A stretch of DNA of 64,000 nt from Acidimicrobiia bacterium (GCA_041576165.1 JBFGLM010000001.1:1-64000), one strand, 5' to 3'. Shown: positions 10,393-21,526, counted from the stretch's first letter. Notes: a model not told the origin generated them from the letters alone. Made by a program: numbers and translations.

Positions 10393-12345
10393 ATGAGGAT
10401 GGCCGCCAGGCGTATCGCAGGGAGCGTCACGATCATCGGCGTGGTGCTGAGCGTGATTGCTGCACTCGTCGGCAACGCGGCTCCGGCCGGAGCCCAAACA
10501 GCGACACCGGTGCCGGGAAACCCGGCGTGCACCACCGGTGAGTTCTCCGTGAAGGATGATCCTCCCACTCTCGGTGGCTTCTCCAACGGCGCAGTCCACA
10601 TCACCTACGCCTCCGCCCGGGTCGTGGGCAGTGTGACCGCTGCCGACGGGTACACGATCGATGCGGTGATCGTCAAGGGCGGGCCCGGCGCCAATGTGTA
10701 CACCGGGGGGTCTTTCACCAATCTGGTCGCACCCGAGAACCGGGGCGATCAGCAGCCGGCGATATCGCACGTGGAAGTGTGCTACTCATCGGCCGACGAC
10801 ACGACGACATCGTCGAGCAGCTCGTCGTCCTCGTCCAGCAGCTCGTCGTCGTCGAGTTCGTCGTCGTCCTCGTCGACCTTCTCGACCTACCCGACCTCGT
10901 CCAGCTCATCTACGACCTCCACTACATCTGGCTCTTCGACCTCAACCTCGTCGACGGCGACGACAAAACCGGAGCCGCGTCAGAAGGTACGAATCGAGCT
11001 GAGCGGCGCGTGTGCCCTCACCGACAGCGGCGCCACCGCCTACACAGTCACCGTGCGGTTGCGGGGCGAGCCGGGCACGGCCGGTGTGCTGCGTCAGGAC
11101 ACCGGCGCCGAGGTTCCGTTCGTCATCGATGAGTCCGGGATGTTTGTGGTGTCCTTGGAGGGCCATGAAGGCTTGAACACGGTGGCCGCCGTGGACGGCG
11201 ACAACAACGTCATAGGTCTCGATCGGGTCGAGATCGAGTCGTGCGCCCGCCCGATCACGGCCGGCGCCCATATCGACGGGAGCTGCGCCGTGGTGGACGG
11301 TGACGTGATCTTCACCATCTCGGTGACCATCAGCGGAGCGGAGGGGGCGACCGGCCACGTGACCGTGAACAGCTCGTCGATCCCGTACGTGGTAGGAGAA
11401 GGCGGGTCGGTGGTGGTGGATGTTGCTGGACAACCCGGCACCAATACCGTGGCAGTAACCGACGACATCGCCGGTGAGATCGCAACTGGCGTGGTGACCC
11501 TGGAGGACTGCGGCGCGACCGAGACGTCTGGTTTCTCCGTGGCGCCACAAGTGGTGTGCGAACCTGTGGATGGAGTCGCCAGCTACACGGTGATCCTGGA
11601 GGTCACCGGTCAGCCGGGTCGCTCAGGTGTCGCGACTGTGGCCGGTCAGGACTACGGGTACACCTTGGATGCTGCGGGCGCGGCACGCCTTGAAGTGCCG
11701 GGCACCGAGGCGTCGGTAACGATCCACGTGGTCGATCAGGACGAGAAGTTTGTTTTCGGGCCAACCACCGTCGTAGGCGAGGACTGCTCGGAGCTGAGGC
11801 CGGGCGATCCGGTGAATCCGCCTCCGCTCTCCCTGACGGCTGCCGTAGACGCCACTGGTGCATGCACGTTCGATGCCACCGCCTCCTACGTCATCACGGT
11901 GACGATGTCCGGTGATCCCGGAGCTACCGGCGTTGTCGAGGTTGGTACCCACTCGCTGAAGTACGAGATCCCTCTCGCGGGATCAGCGGAGCTGACCTTC
12001 TCGGCTGCTGCGGGTGATTCTCTCGTCGTGGTCGCCGATGATGCCGGCGACGAGATCTACCGATCGACAATCACGATCGAGGACTGCGCTGGCGGCGGCC
12101 AAGCTGTCGAGGGCAGCTCCGGCGGGGGTTCCGTGGGCAACGACCCCGTCACCCAGCCGACCGATGTCGCCGTGCTCGGGCTCCAGATCGAGCAGGGAGA
12201 TCAGCTCCCGTTCACCGGCCCCGCAGATGGACCGCTGGCCGAGGCCGGCGCGACATTGCTGGGCGTCGGGCTTGTCGTGATTCTCGCCACCAGAGAAACG
12301 GAGGAGCGGGAGACCGATCTGCTGCCGGGATGGATCATTCAGTGA
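10393..12345 (+). CDS. Sortase-anchored (LPFTG) surface protein with Ser/Thr linker and four Cys-bracketed beta-rich repeats
   Basis: Signal peptide, poly-Ser/Thr tract, C-terminal LPFTG followed by a hydrophobic stretch; strong AGGAGG RBS. Confidence 0.8.
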   Translation: MRMAARRIAGSVTIIGVVLSVIAALVGNAAPAGAQTATPVPGNPACTTGEFSVKDDPPTLGGFSNGAVHITYASARVVGSVTAADGYTIDAVIVKGGPGANVYTGGSFTNLVAPENRGDQQPAISHVEVCYSSADDTTTSSSSSSSSSSSSSSSSSSSSSSTFSTYPTSSSSSTTSTTSGSSTSTSSTATTKPEPRQKVRIELSGACALTDSGATAYTVTVRLRGEPGTAGVLRQDTGAEVPFVIDESGMFVVSLEGHEGLNTVAAVDGDNNVIGLDRVEIESCARPITAGAHIDGSCAVVDGDVIFTISVTISGAEGATGHVTVNSSSIPYVVGEGGSVVVDVAGQPGTNTVAVTDDIAGEIATGVVTLEDCGATETSGFSVAPQVVCEPVDGVASYTVILEVTGQPGRSGVATVAGQDYGYTLDAAGAARLEVPGTEASVTIHVVDQDEKFVFGPTTVVGEDCSELRPGDPVNPPPLSLTAAVDATGACTFDATASYVITVTMSGDPGATGVVEVGTHSLKYEIPLAGSAELTFSAAAGDSLVVVADDAGDEIYRSTITIEDCAGGGQAVEGSSGGGSVGNDPVTQPTDVAVLGLQIEQGDQLPFTGPADGPLAEAGATLLGVGLVVILATRETEERETDLLPGWIIQ

Positions 12346-12511
12346 CCGGTGCCCCACGAGGACGGGCCCGTCGCTTCGGGTGCACGCGCTGATTCCGGCC
12401 GAGCGCAGACCCGGCTGAGGCTGGGAGATCGGATCATCGCTCCTGCTGGAGAACCACCGGTACCCGACGGCGCAGCCGGGATCCCGGCTCGCCCCGGGGG
12501 CCTGATTCAGT

Positions 12512-15500
12512 TCAGACCTTCAACGCCCGGTTCACGAGATCTTGCTGCTCGGCCAGATGGAGCTTGTTGGAACCCGTGGCCGGGCTGGCGCTCTCGGAGC
12601 GGGCAATGACCGAGACCGGGCGGTCGAGAGCCCCCTGGAGCCGATTCCGCATATACGGCCACGCGCCCATGTTCTCCGGTTCTTCCTGCAGCCAGGTCAC
12701 TTCGTCGACGCCGCCGTAGGGGGCGACGGCCGCGAGGATCTCGTCGGCCGGGAACGGGTAGAGCTCTTCGATCCGCAGCAGCGCCACCTCAGTTGCCAGG
12801 TCCTCTCGTTGCCGTTCGACGTCGTAGAAGACCTTTCCGGAGCAGAGCACAACCCGCTTCACATTCTCGGGATCAGGCGCGTTTTGGTCGGGAATCACCT
12901 TCTGGAACCGCCCATCGGTCAAGTCGGAAAGCTCACCGAAAGATGGGGCGGTCCGCAGTAGCGACTTGGGCGACATGACGATCAGAGGCTTGGTTGGCCG
13001 GCCATGGAGTTGACGGCGCAGCAGGTGGAAATACTGAGAGGCGGTAGACGGCACCACCACCCGAATATTGTCTTCCGCGGCCAGCTGCAGGTAGCGCTCC
13101 AGCCGGGCGCTCGAGTGCTCGGGGCCTTGGCCCTCGAAGCCGTGCGGCAGTAGCAGCACGAGCCCGCTGCGAACACCCCATTTGTCCTCGCCGGCGCTGA
13201 TGAACTGGTCGAGGACGACCTGGGCGCCGTTGGCGAAGTCTCCGAACTGGGCTTCCCACACAACCAGGGCCTGGTCGTTCTCGATCGAGTAGCCGTATTC
13301 GAATCCGACGGCGGCGAACTCGGACAGCAGCGAGTCGACAAACCGCACTCGAGCCGATTCGGCGGTCCGCTCCTGCAGGGGCAGCCACTCGGCTCCGGTC
13401 TCGTAGTCCACCAACGCGGCATGACGGTGACTGAAAGTGCCGCGCCGGGTGTCCTCGCCGGCCCACCGGACCCAGTACCCCTCGTCGGCCAGCGAACCCA
13501 GAGCCAGATATTCCGCCATCGCCCAATCGGCCCTGCCTTCAGCGAACAGCGTCCGGCGTCCTTCGAGAACCCGCTCGAGCTTGGGATGCACCACGAAGCC
13601 TGCGGGCGGCGTGTTCACATACCGGTTGATGGCCTCGAGTGTGTCCATGGAGACCTGCGTGCCGTCGTCCGTGTGAGCAGTGCGCATTGGCGGCACCTCG
13701 GTGATGCCGTCCCGGCGCGGTTTCGTCTCCTCGAAAGAGGAGTGCAACAGCTGACGGAAATCCTCCAGCAGCGCTTCCCCCTCCTCGATCGAGAGATCGC
13801 CGAGGTTGACCAGGCGCTCCATATACAGCTTGCGGACTGACCGGCGAGCATCGATGGTCCGGTACATCAGCGGCTGGGTGAAGGATGGTTCGTCCCCTTC
13901 GTTGTGCCCGCGCCGGCGATAGCCGATCATGTCGATGACTACGTCTTTGTGGAACGCCTGGCGGTAATCGAAGGCCAGGCGCGCGGCCCGCACGACCGCC
14001 TCGGGATCGTCTGCGTTGACGTGGATGATCGGCGCGTCGACCGTCTTCGCGACGTCGGTGGCGTAGACACTCGACCGGGCATCGCTGGCGGCTGTGGTGA
14101 ATCCGACCTGATTGTTGACGACCACGTGGATGGTGCCACCGGTGCGGTAGCCGCGGAGCTGGGACAAATTGAGGGTCTCGACCACAACGCCCTGGCCGGC
14201 GAAGGCCGCATCGCCGTGCAGCAGCATCGGCAGGATCTCGCCGTGGCCGTCCTTGCCTTTGCGTTCCATCTTGGCGCGGGCTACTCCTTCCAGCACCGGG
14301 TCGACGGCCTCGAGGTGGCTTGGATTCGGAACCACCTCGACCGACACTTCGTTCCCGGCCGGGCTCACGTGGGTGCCCTGTGCGCCCAGGTGATACTTGA
14401 CATCGCCCGAACCCAGGGTCGTATCGGGATCGAGATCTCCCTCGAACTCCCGGAAGATGCGCGCACGGTCCTTGCCTACGATGTTGGCGAGCACGTTCAG
14501 CCGCCCGCGGTGCGCCATGCCGATGACGGCCTCGTCCATCCCGTCATCGGCGGCCTCGTCGAGCACGGCCGCCATCAGCGGAATGAGCGACTCGACACCC
14601 TCCAGCCCGAAGCGCTTGTGCCCCACGTATTTGGTGTGTAGGAACGTCTCGAACGCCTCAGCCTGGTTGAGGCGGTGAAGGATCCGGATCTTCTCATCAC
14701 GGGAAAGCTTCTCCTGGCGGCGCTCCAGCCGCGCCTGAAGCCATTCCTTCTCGTCCGGGTTCTGCATGTGCATGTACTCGATGCCGGTGGTGCGGCAGTA
14801 CGCATCCCGCAGCAGGCCCAGGAGTTCGCCCAGCTCCATCGCCGGTTTGCCGCCGATGCCGTTAGTGGCATATTTGCGCTCCAGGTCCCAGATCGTGAGC
14901 CCGTAGGTGAGCGGGTCGAGCTCCTTGGGCATGGCCGGGGGTTGCTGGCGCAACGGATCAAGGTCAGCAATCAGATGACCCCGCACCCGGTAATGCGTGA
15001 TCAGCTCGAACACCCGGGCTTGCTTTTCGGCCCAGGGCGGAGTCCCGAACTGGGGATTCTCGTCGACGGCCCATCGGGCCGGCGTGTAGGGGACACGCAT
15101 CGACGCAAAGATCTTGTCGTAGAAGTGCTCCTCGCCGAGCAGATACCGGTGGATCAGGTCCAGGAACCTGCCCGACTGAGCCCCCTGTATCACCCGATGG
15201 TCGTAGGTGGAGGTGATCGTCATGACCCGGCCGATGCCGAGGCGGGCCAGGGTGGCGGCGTCGGCGGCCTGGTACTCCGGTGGGTAGATGATGGCTCCCA
15301 CGCCCACGATCACTCCCTGGCCTTTCATCAGGCGCGGGACGGATTGAACCGTTCCGATCATGCCCGGGTTGGTCAACGACACGGTCGTCCCGGCGAAGTC
15401 GTCGACGGCGATGGCGTTGCCCCGCACCCTCCGGATGAGATCCTCGTACGCTCGCCAGAAATCCTCGAAGGTCATCTGGTCGGCGCCCTTGATATTCGGA

Positions 15501-16123
15501 ACGATCAGCACCCGCTCCCCGTTGCGGCCTTCCTGATCGACCGCCAGCCCGAGGTTGACCGATGGATGGTGCACGCGGTACGGCCTGCCGTCGATCTCGT
15601 CGTACGACACGTTCATGTCGGGCATCGCTCTGATTGCCTCGACAATGGCCCAGCCGATGATGTGCGTGAAGCTGACTTTGCCGCCATAGGTTGCCCGCAC
15701 CAGGTGGTTGTTCAGGATCCGGCGGTTGACCTCCAGCAGCTTGGCGGGAATCGTCCGCACCGACGTGGCCGTCGGGATCTCCAAGCTGGTATCCATCGCT
15801 TCGGCGATCCGGGCCGTCACCCCGATCAGCCGGTCCGCGCCTTCCGGCACCTCAGCCGCGCTGGTGGTCTTGGCCGGGCCGGTGGCCGTCGACGGCTCGG
15901 CCGCCGGAGCGGGCGGTGAGGTAACGGGAGCGCTGATCGGCTCGGTCGTCACGGGTGCCTGGGGGGCGGGCGGCGCCGGCGGAGGTTCCACCTCGTAATC
16001 GGCAAAGAACTCGCGCCACGCCTCCGAGACCGAGTCCGGAGATTCGAGAAATCTCCGGTACATCTGCTCGACCATCCAGTCATTGGGTCCAAATCTGTCT
16101 CTATCGATGGTCGAATCGACCAT
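12512..16123 (-). CDS. kgd: Multifunctional 2-oxoglutarate decarboxylase/dehydrogenase (E2-E1 fusion)
   Basis: N-terminal FGPNDW, acyltransferase part (TYDHRVIQG), GMAHRGRLN, HGDAAFAGQG, WEAQFGDF, GPEHSSAR. Confidence 0.95.
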   Translation of the reverse strand: MVDSTIDRDRFGPNDWMVEQMYRRFLESPDSVSEAWREFFADYEVEPPPAPPAPQAPVTTEPISAPVTSPPAPAAEPSTATGPAKTTSAAEVPEGADRLIGVTARIAEAMDTSLEIPTATSVRTIPAKLLEVNRRILNNHLVRATYGGKVSFTHIIGWAIVEAIRAMPDMNVSYDEIDGRPYRVHHPSVNLGLAVDQEGRNGERVLIVPNIKGADQMTFEDFWRAYEDLIRRVRGNAIAVDDFAGTTVSLTNPGMIGTVQSVPRLMKGQGVIVGVGAIIYPPEYQAADAATLARLGIGRVMTITSTYDHRVIQGAQSGRFLDLIHRYLLGEEHFYDKIFASMRVPYTPARWAVDENPQFGTPPWAEKQARVFELITHYRVRGHLIADLDPLRQQPPAMPKELDPLTYGLTIWDLERKYATNGIGGKPAMELGELLGLLRDAYCRTTGIEYMHMQNPDEKEWLQARLERRQEKLSRDEKIRILHRLNQAEAFETFLHTKYVGHKRFGLEGVESLIPLMAAVLDEAADDGMDEAVIGMAHRGRLNVLANIVGKDRARIFREFEGDLDPDTTLGSGDVKYHLGAQGTHVSPAGNEVSVEVVPNPSHLEAVDPVLEGVARAKMERKGKDGHGEILPMLLHGDAAFAGQGVVVETLNLSQLRGYRTGGTIHVVVNNQVGFTTAASDARSSVYATDVAKTVDAPIIHVNADDPEAVVRAARLAFDYRQAFHKDVVIDMIGYRRRGHNEGDEPSFTQPLMYRTIDARRSVRKLYMERLVNLGDLSIEEGEALLEDFRQLLHSSFEETKPRRDGITEVPPMRTAHTDDGTQVSMDTLEAINRYVNTPPAGFVVHPKLERVLEGRRTLFAEGRADWAMAEYLALGSLADEGYWVRWAGEDTRRGTFSHRHAALVDYETGAEWLPLQERTAESARVRFVDSLLSEFAAVGFEYGYSIENDQALVVWEAQFGDFANGAQVVLDQFISAGEDKWGVRSGLVLLLPHGFEGQGPEHSSARLERYLQLAAEDNIRVVVPSTASQYFHLLRRQLHGRPTKPLIVMSPKSLLRTAPSFGELSDLTDGRFQKVIPDQNAPDPENVKRVVLCSGKVFYDVERQREDLATEVALLRIEELYPFPADEILAAVAPYGGVDEVTWLQEEPENMGAWPYMRNRLQGALDRPVSVIARSESASPATGSNKLHLAEQQDLVNRALKV

Positions 16124-16186
16124 GGTCGTTCCTTGGTTTGCAATGCGAACTCATCGTACCCACCCGGCTCGGGCGACGGTCGCAGC

Positions 16187-16654
16187 TCAGGATTTGCTGC
16201 GCATGCCGGTCGTCACGCCAACGCCGACCAGTGTTGCCAGGATCCCATGGCCGAATGGTGAGGCCCAGGTGAACAGCGTGTCGACGAGAGAATTGGTGTA
16301 CTGGAACTCCAGTGAGGTCCAGCACACCAACAAGACGAGCGTCGGCAGCGACACCACGGCCGCGATCCGCCGCCAGTCGATCTTGGCTCGAACATCAACC
16401 GGGCGGATCACGTTGGCGAAAACAAAGCCGGCGGCAGCAAGCAGCGCCAGCGAGCCGACCCAACGCACCGAGGAGAAGTAAGGCCGCTCGGCATACAGCG
16501 CACCCAACTGGTGCGTACCCGCCCACAACAAGGCCATGGAGAGTGCCACGATCCCCAGCGTTGCTCCGACTCCGCCTTCTCCCGGCGCTCCACTCCGTCC
16601 CGGCGGGGCCGGAATGTCGGCACCTGGCGTGCCGTTGCGTGATTGCACGGACAT
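16187..16654 (-). CDS. Small membrane protein (about four TM helices)
   Basis: Four hydrophobic segments; fills the gap between kgd and the ATPase. Confidence 0.6.
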   Translation of the reverse strand: MSVQSRNGTPGADIPAPPGRSGAPGEGGVGATLGIVALSMALLWAGTHQLGALYAERPYFSSVRWVGSLALLAAAGFVFANVIRPVDVRAKIDWRRIAAVVSLPTLVLLVCWTSLEFQYTNSLVDTLFTWASPFGHGILATLVGVGVTTGMRSKS

Positions 16655-16793
16655 CGCATCCATTATGGCGCAAAACGGGCCGTCGCGACAGCGTGACCCG
16701 GGTCTTCCCGCGACCACCCGCCACCATCAAAGCGGCCGGATCGCGACGGCGATTCGGGGAGTTGGGCGGACCAGGGCTCTAGATTTGTCCGAT

Positions 16794-19178
16794 ATGACGA
16801 CACCTTCACCTGGAGAACTCTTCCTCGGCGGCACCCTCGAGTCCGGTGCGCGGACGGATGACGACCTGACGTACGAAGCCCGCAACTTCACCACCCACGG
16901 TGTCATCGTGGGTATGACCGGGTCCGGCAAGACCGGCCTGGGAGTGATCCTGCTCGAAGAAGCGCTGCTCGGAGGCGTCCCCACTCTGGTCATCGATCCC
17001 AAAGGCGACATGGGCAATCTGCTCCTGAATTTCCCCGCGTTCCGACCGGAAGATTTCCGCCCGTGGATCGATGAGGCCGAGGCAAACCGGGAGGGCATCA
17101 CTCCGGACGAGCTTGCCGCCAGGACGGCGGAGATGTGGAAAAACGGGCTGGAGGGCTGGGGAATCACGGGCGACCGGCTGCGAGCGCTCGGCATCCAGGC
17201 CGATTTTTCGATCTACACACCCGGGTCGGGGGCCGGCATCCCGCTGAATATCATCGGCTCGCTGGAAGCACCCGACATCGACTGGGATACCGAAGCTGAG
17301 ACCGGGCGAGACGAGATCGAGGGTTTCGTCTCGAGCTTGCTGGTCTTAGCCGGCATCGAAGCCGACCCCATTTCCAGCCCAGAACACATCTTGCTCGCCA
17401 CAATCATCGAGCGAGCGTGGCGAGCAGGGCAGAGTCTGGACCTGGCCGGCTTGATCGGTCAGATCCAGCAGCCCCCGATCCGCAAACTCGGCGTGTTCGA
17501 GCTCGACAGCTTCTTCCCGCCCAAAGACCGAACCAAGCTGGCCATGCGGCTCAACGGACTGGTGGCGTCACCGTCGTTCGCGAGTTGGATGGAAGGCCCA
17601 CCACTCGATATCGGCCGCATGTTGTACACCGAGGATGGCCGGCCCCGGGCTTCGGTTGTGTACCTGCCGCATCTGGGGGAGCAAGAACGACAGTTCATCG
17701 TCACGCTGCTGCTGTCGAAGGTGGTCACGTGGATGCGATCCCAGCCCGGTACCAGCGATCTGCGAGCCCTGATCTATATGGACGAGGTCTTCGGGTTTGC
17801 ACCCCCCACCGCCGAGCCGCCGTCGAAGAAACCCATCCTCACCATCCTCAAACAGGCCCGGGCGCACGGCGTGGGACTGGTGCTGTCAACCCAGAACCCG
17901 GTCGACCTCGACTACAAAGCGATGTCGAACGCCGGCACGTGGATGATTGGCCGCCTCCAGACCGAGCGCGACAAGGCTCGCATCCTCGAGGGCCTCAAAT
18001 CGGCCAGCGGAGACGTCGACGTACCTGCCCTCGACGCCCTCATCGGGGACCTCGGGAAACGCGAGTTCGTACTCCATTCGACGAAGGCGCGCCAACCCCG
18101 CCAATTCACAACCAGATGGGCAATGTCCTACCTGCGAGGTCCGCTCACTCGCGATGAAGTGTCCACGCTGATGGCGGACGCCCCCGTACCAGCCGGAGGG
18201 TCCACAACCACCGCCACTGCTCCGGCGGCCGAGCCAACCGGGCCGCCGCTCGCGGAAGACGAGAGCCCGGTGCAGCCCGAGGTCGCCGGCGGCATCGCCA
18301 CTTACCACATGGATCCGGCCGCCCCTTGGGCCGATGCAGTCGGTGCCGTCCGGGGCAGCTCCAAGTACGGCGCCGGAATCATCGCCCAGGTGCACCTGCT
18401 GTTCGACGATCAATACGCCGACGTCAAACACGACGAAGTGTGGGAAGCGGTGGTTTACCCGCTGGGGGACACGTTCGAGGCGGACACGGCAATCGCCGTC
18501 GACTACGACGAGCGTGACCTGCTCCCCGAAGCTCCCACCGGCGTTACGTACGTGTTACCCGACGCTCCCATCAAGAACAAGACGTTCTTCACCAAGGCAG
18601 CAAGCGACCTCAAGGCGTACCTACACCGCAACCAGAACGTACAGGTCTTCAAAAACGCCGATCTCAAGCTCTATTCCCGAGTGGGGGAAACCGAAGCCGA
18701 TTTCCTGGAACGATGCAAGGCGGCCGCCGAGGACCGGGCCGATCAGGACGTGGCCAAGCTCAAGGAACGGTACGAGAAAAAGATTCGATCGGTGGAGTCC
18801 CAGCTCCGGCGGGCCGAGAATCGGGTTCGCGAGCTGAACGCGGACGTCGAGCAACGACGGCAGCAGGAGATGCTGGGAGGCGCCGGCGAGCTGCTGTCGG
18901 TCTTTCTGGGCGGCCGCCGCCGCTCTTCGAGCCTGTCTCGAGCGGCCGGCCGCCGGTCGCAAACCCGCCGCACCCAAGAGCGGCTCCGGAGCGCAGAGGA
19001 CAAATACAGCGAATACGTCGAGCGGCTCGACGACCTCGAGGATGAGCTCGCTCAGGAGTTCCAGGAGATCTCGGCGAAGTGGGACGACGTTGCCCAGAAC
19101 ATCGAGCCGGTCGAGATCGGACTGGAGAAGACCGACATCACAGTCGACGAGATGGCGCTGGTGTGGATCCCCAGCTGA
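16794..19178 (+). CDS. HerA/FtsK-like P-loop ATPase (DUF87/DUF853-type) with C-terminal coiled coil
   Basis: THGVIVGMTGSGKT Walker A, IDPKGD, YMDE Walker B, STQNP. Confidence 0.85.
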   Translation: MTTPSPGELFLGGTLESGARTDDDLTYEARNFTTHGVIVGMTGSGKTGLGVILLEEALLGGVPTLVIDPKGDMGNLLLNFPAFRPEDFRPWIDEAEANREGITPDELAARTAEMWKNGLEGWGITGDRLRALGIQADFSIYTPGSGAGIPLNIIGSLEAPDIDWDTEAETGRDEIEGFVSSLLVLAGIEADPISSPEHILLATIIERAWRAGQSLDLAGLIGQIQQPPIRKLGVFELDSFFPPKDRTKLAMRLNGLVASPSFASWMEGPPLDIGRMLYTEDGRPRASVVYLPHLGEQERQFIVTLLLSKVVTWMRSQPGTSDLRALIYMDEVFGFAPPTAEPPSKKPILTILKQARAHGVGLVLSTQNPVDLDYKAMSNAGTWMIGRLQTERDKARILEGLKSASGDVDVPALDALIGDLGKREFVLHSTKARQPRQFTTRWAMSYLRGPLTRDEVSTLMADAPVPAGGSTTTATAPAAEPTGPPLAEDESPVQPEVAGGIATYHMDPAAPWADAVGAVRGSSKYGAGIIAQVHLLFDDQYADVKHDEVWEAVVYPLGDTFEADTAIAVDYDERDLLPEAPTGVTYVLPDAPIKNKTFFTKAASDLKAYLHRNQNVQVFKNADLKLYSRVGETEADFLERCKAAAEDRADQDVAKLKERYEKKIRSVESQLRRAENRVRELNADVEQRRQQEMLGGAGELLSVFLGGRRRSSSLSRAAGRRSQTRRTQERLRSAEDKYSEYVERLDDLEDELAQEFQEISAKWDDVAQNIEPVEIGLEKTDITVDEMALVWIPS

Positions 19179-19265
19179 CCCATCACACAGTCGCCCATCC
19201 GACAGTTCGGGTGGGGCCGGTGTGCTGTCGTTGTTCATGAATTGAGACCCGAGAACGGAACGTGT

Positions 19266-20546
19266 ATGCGTCAAGGACGACGCCTCCGATTGATCGCCGG
19301 CGTGGCTGCCCTGCTCCTGGTCCTCGCTGCATGCGCGAGTTCAGACGAGACAGGTGCCACCTCGACGGCGGCAGTCGACGAGGAAACCGCCGCGACCACC
19401 CCGGCCGAGTCCCAAATTGCCGATGAGCCTGCCTCGACGAACCCTGGCGCCAGCGACGAAATCGAGGCGGCTCGCGCCGGACTGGATGCCAACGTGGCAT
19501 TCGCTACCAGCTCGTGGCCGACGGACTGGTCCAAGTCTGTGGTCGAGCTGGACAGTATCTTCCTCGGTATCGGCGCCACCGATCCCCGCGACGCCATCCC
19601 CCCGATCGACCAGCCGAACTACGAATCTCTCGATGCTGCCGCCGAGTGGTTACAGGATCGCGAACCGGGCGCCGTCGTTCGGGTCAACGGTGAGGCGCGC
19701 TTCTTCCCGCTCTCGATCATGACCCGCCATGAGATCGTCAACGACGAGCTCGGCGGCGTGCCGCTGGCGATCACTTACTGTCCACTGTGCAACACTGCGC
19801 TTGCGTTTGATCGTCGCGTCGACGGCGAGGTCCTGCGGTTCGGCGTGTCCGGACTCCTGCGCAACAGCGACTTGGTGATGTGGGACGACAAGACAGTTTC
19901 ACTGTGGCAGCAGATCACCGGCGAGGCCATCGTCGGTGAGCATGCCGGCACCCGGCTTCAGCCGGTGAGCACAGCGATCGTGAGCTTCGCCGACTTTCGG
20001 GAGAGTTTTCCCGACGGACTGTCGCTGTCACGCGAAACGGGCTTCTCCATCAGCTACGGTGTGAACCCCTACCGCGGATACAGCAGCAGCCCCGCTCCGT
20101 TCATGCCAGTGAGCGGGGAACCCGATGGTCGGTTCCCGGCGCTGGAGCGGGTGGTAGGAGTTTCGGTCGACGGTGTCGACAAGGCCTACCCCTTCAGCAT
20201 CCTCAGCGAGGACCGGGCCGTCAACGACATCGTGAACGATGTCCACGTCGCGGTGCTGTGGGGTTCCCCCGATACCGCCGACGCGCTCGACGGGACCGTG
20301 ATTGCCGACAGCCAGGCCATCGGGACGGCGATCGCGCTGGACCGCGAGCTCGACGGCCAGACCCTGACGTTCTCGGCCAGCGGAGAGATGTTCACCGATG
20401 CCGAAACCGGAACTACCTGGACAATTCTCGGCAAGGCGGTCGATGGTCCGCTGGAGGGCTCTCAGTTGGACACCGTCAGCCACCGCAACGAGTTCTGGTT
20501 TGCGTGGTCGGCCTTCTTCCCCGATGCCGCCGTGTTCGGAGGCTGA
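19266..20546 (+). CDS. DUF3179-family lipoprotein with CxxC
   Basis: Lipobox LAAC; DAIPPID, HEIVND, TYCPLC, FGVSGLL, SLWQQ and FWFAW motifs. Confidence 0.85.
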   Translation: MRQGRRLRLIAGVAALLLVLAACASSDETGATSTAAVDEETAATTPAESQIADEPASTNPGASDEIEAARAGLDANVAFATSSWPTDWSKSVVELDSIFLGIGATDPRDAIPPIDQPNYESLDAAAEWLQDREPGAVVRVNGEARFFPLSIMTRHEIVNDELGGVPLAITYCPLCNTALAFDRRVDGEVLRFGVSGLLRNSDLVMWDDKTVSLWQQITGEAIVGEHAGTRLQPVSTAIVSFADFRESFPDGLSLSRETGFSISYGVNPYRGYSSSPAPFMPVSGEPDGRFPALERVVGVSVDGVDKAYPFSILSEDRAVNDIVNDVHVAVLWGSPDTADALDGTVIADSQAIGTAIALDRELDGQTLTFSASGEMFTDAETGTTWTILGKAVDGPLEGSQLDTVSHRNEFWFAWSAFFPDAAVFGG

Positions 20547-20560
20547 CCGCATCCGATCGG

Positions 20561-21526
20561 TTAGACGGCCACCTTCTGCTGGAACCACGGCAGGGTGCGT
20601 TTGAGACCCTCGCCCAGCGGGATCTCGGCACTCCAGCCGATCGTCTGGCGCGCCAGGGTCGCGTCGGGACACCGGACGGAGGGGTCATCCTCCGGCCGAG
20701 GATGAAACTCCAGCTCGGAGGTCGAACCGACCACGTCGCGGATCGCCTCAGCCAGCTGGCGAATAGTGATCTCTTCTGAGTTGCCGATATTCATCGGCCC
20801 GATGTGATCAGACACCATCAACCGCAGCAGTCCCTCAATCAGGTCGTCGACGTAGCACAGAGAACGGGTCTGCGTGCCGTCGCCGTGGATAGGGATCGGT
20901 GCGTCACGCAAGGCGGCGGAAAAGAAAGCGGGTACTGCCCGTCCATCGTCGACCCGCATGCGCGGTCCATAGGTGTTGAAGATCCTCCCGAGTGCCACGG
21001 ACACACCATGTTCCCGGTTGTAAGCCAGCGCCATCGCCTCGGCGAAGCGCTTCGCCTCGTCGTACACCCCGCGTGGGCCAACCGGGTTGACGTTGCCCCA
21101 GTACGTCTCGGGCTGGGGGTTCACCGTGGGGTCGCCATAGACCTCGCTGGTCGAGGCGATGAGGACCCGAGCGCCTTTGGCCGCAGCCAGACCCATCGCC
21201 TTGTGGGTACCCAGCGAGCCGACCTTGAGGGTCTGAATCGGCCACCTCAGGTAGTCGATCGGCGATGCGGGCGACGCGAAGTGCAGGATGAAATCCACAT
21301 CGCCCGGCACATGGAGGTAGTTCGTGACGTCGTAGTGAACCAGAGTGAACCCCGGCGCGCCCACCAGGTGTGCGACGTTGCCGGCGTCACCCGTGATGAA
21401 GTTGTCGATGCAGGTCACCCGGGCGCCCGACTGCACGAGCCGTTCGCACAAATGGGATCCCAGGAATCCGGCACCGCCCAACACGACGGCGTGGGCACCA
21501 GTTACATGATCGGTTATGTCCCCCAT
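20561..21526 (-). CDS. UDP-glucuronate decarboxylase-like NAD-dependent epimerase/dehydratase
   Basis: [39 protein letters not shown]. Confidence 0.9.
   Translation of the reverse strand: MGDITDHVTGAHAVVLGGAGFLGSHLCERLVQSGARVTCIDNFITGDAGNVAHLVGAPGFTLVHYDVTNYLHVPGDVDFILHFASPASPIDYLRWPIQTLKVGSLGTHKAMGLAAAKGARVLIASTSEVYGDPTVNPQPETYWGNVNPVGPRGVYDEAKRFAEAMALAYNREHGVSVALGRIFNTYGPRMRVDDGRAVPAFFSAALRDAPIPIHGDGTQTRSLCYVDDLIEGLLRLMVSDHIGPMNIGNSEEITIRQLAEAIRDVVGSTSELEFHPRPEDDPSVRCPDATLARQTIGWSAEIPLGEGLKRTLPWFQQKVAV

Noticed and set aside
19266-20546. DUF3179 protein as a selenoprotein, given the nearby selC
   Set aside because: The redox motif is encoded TGT-CCA-CTG-TGC (CPLC); I saw no in-frame TGA here or in other genes of the window
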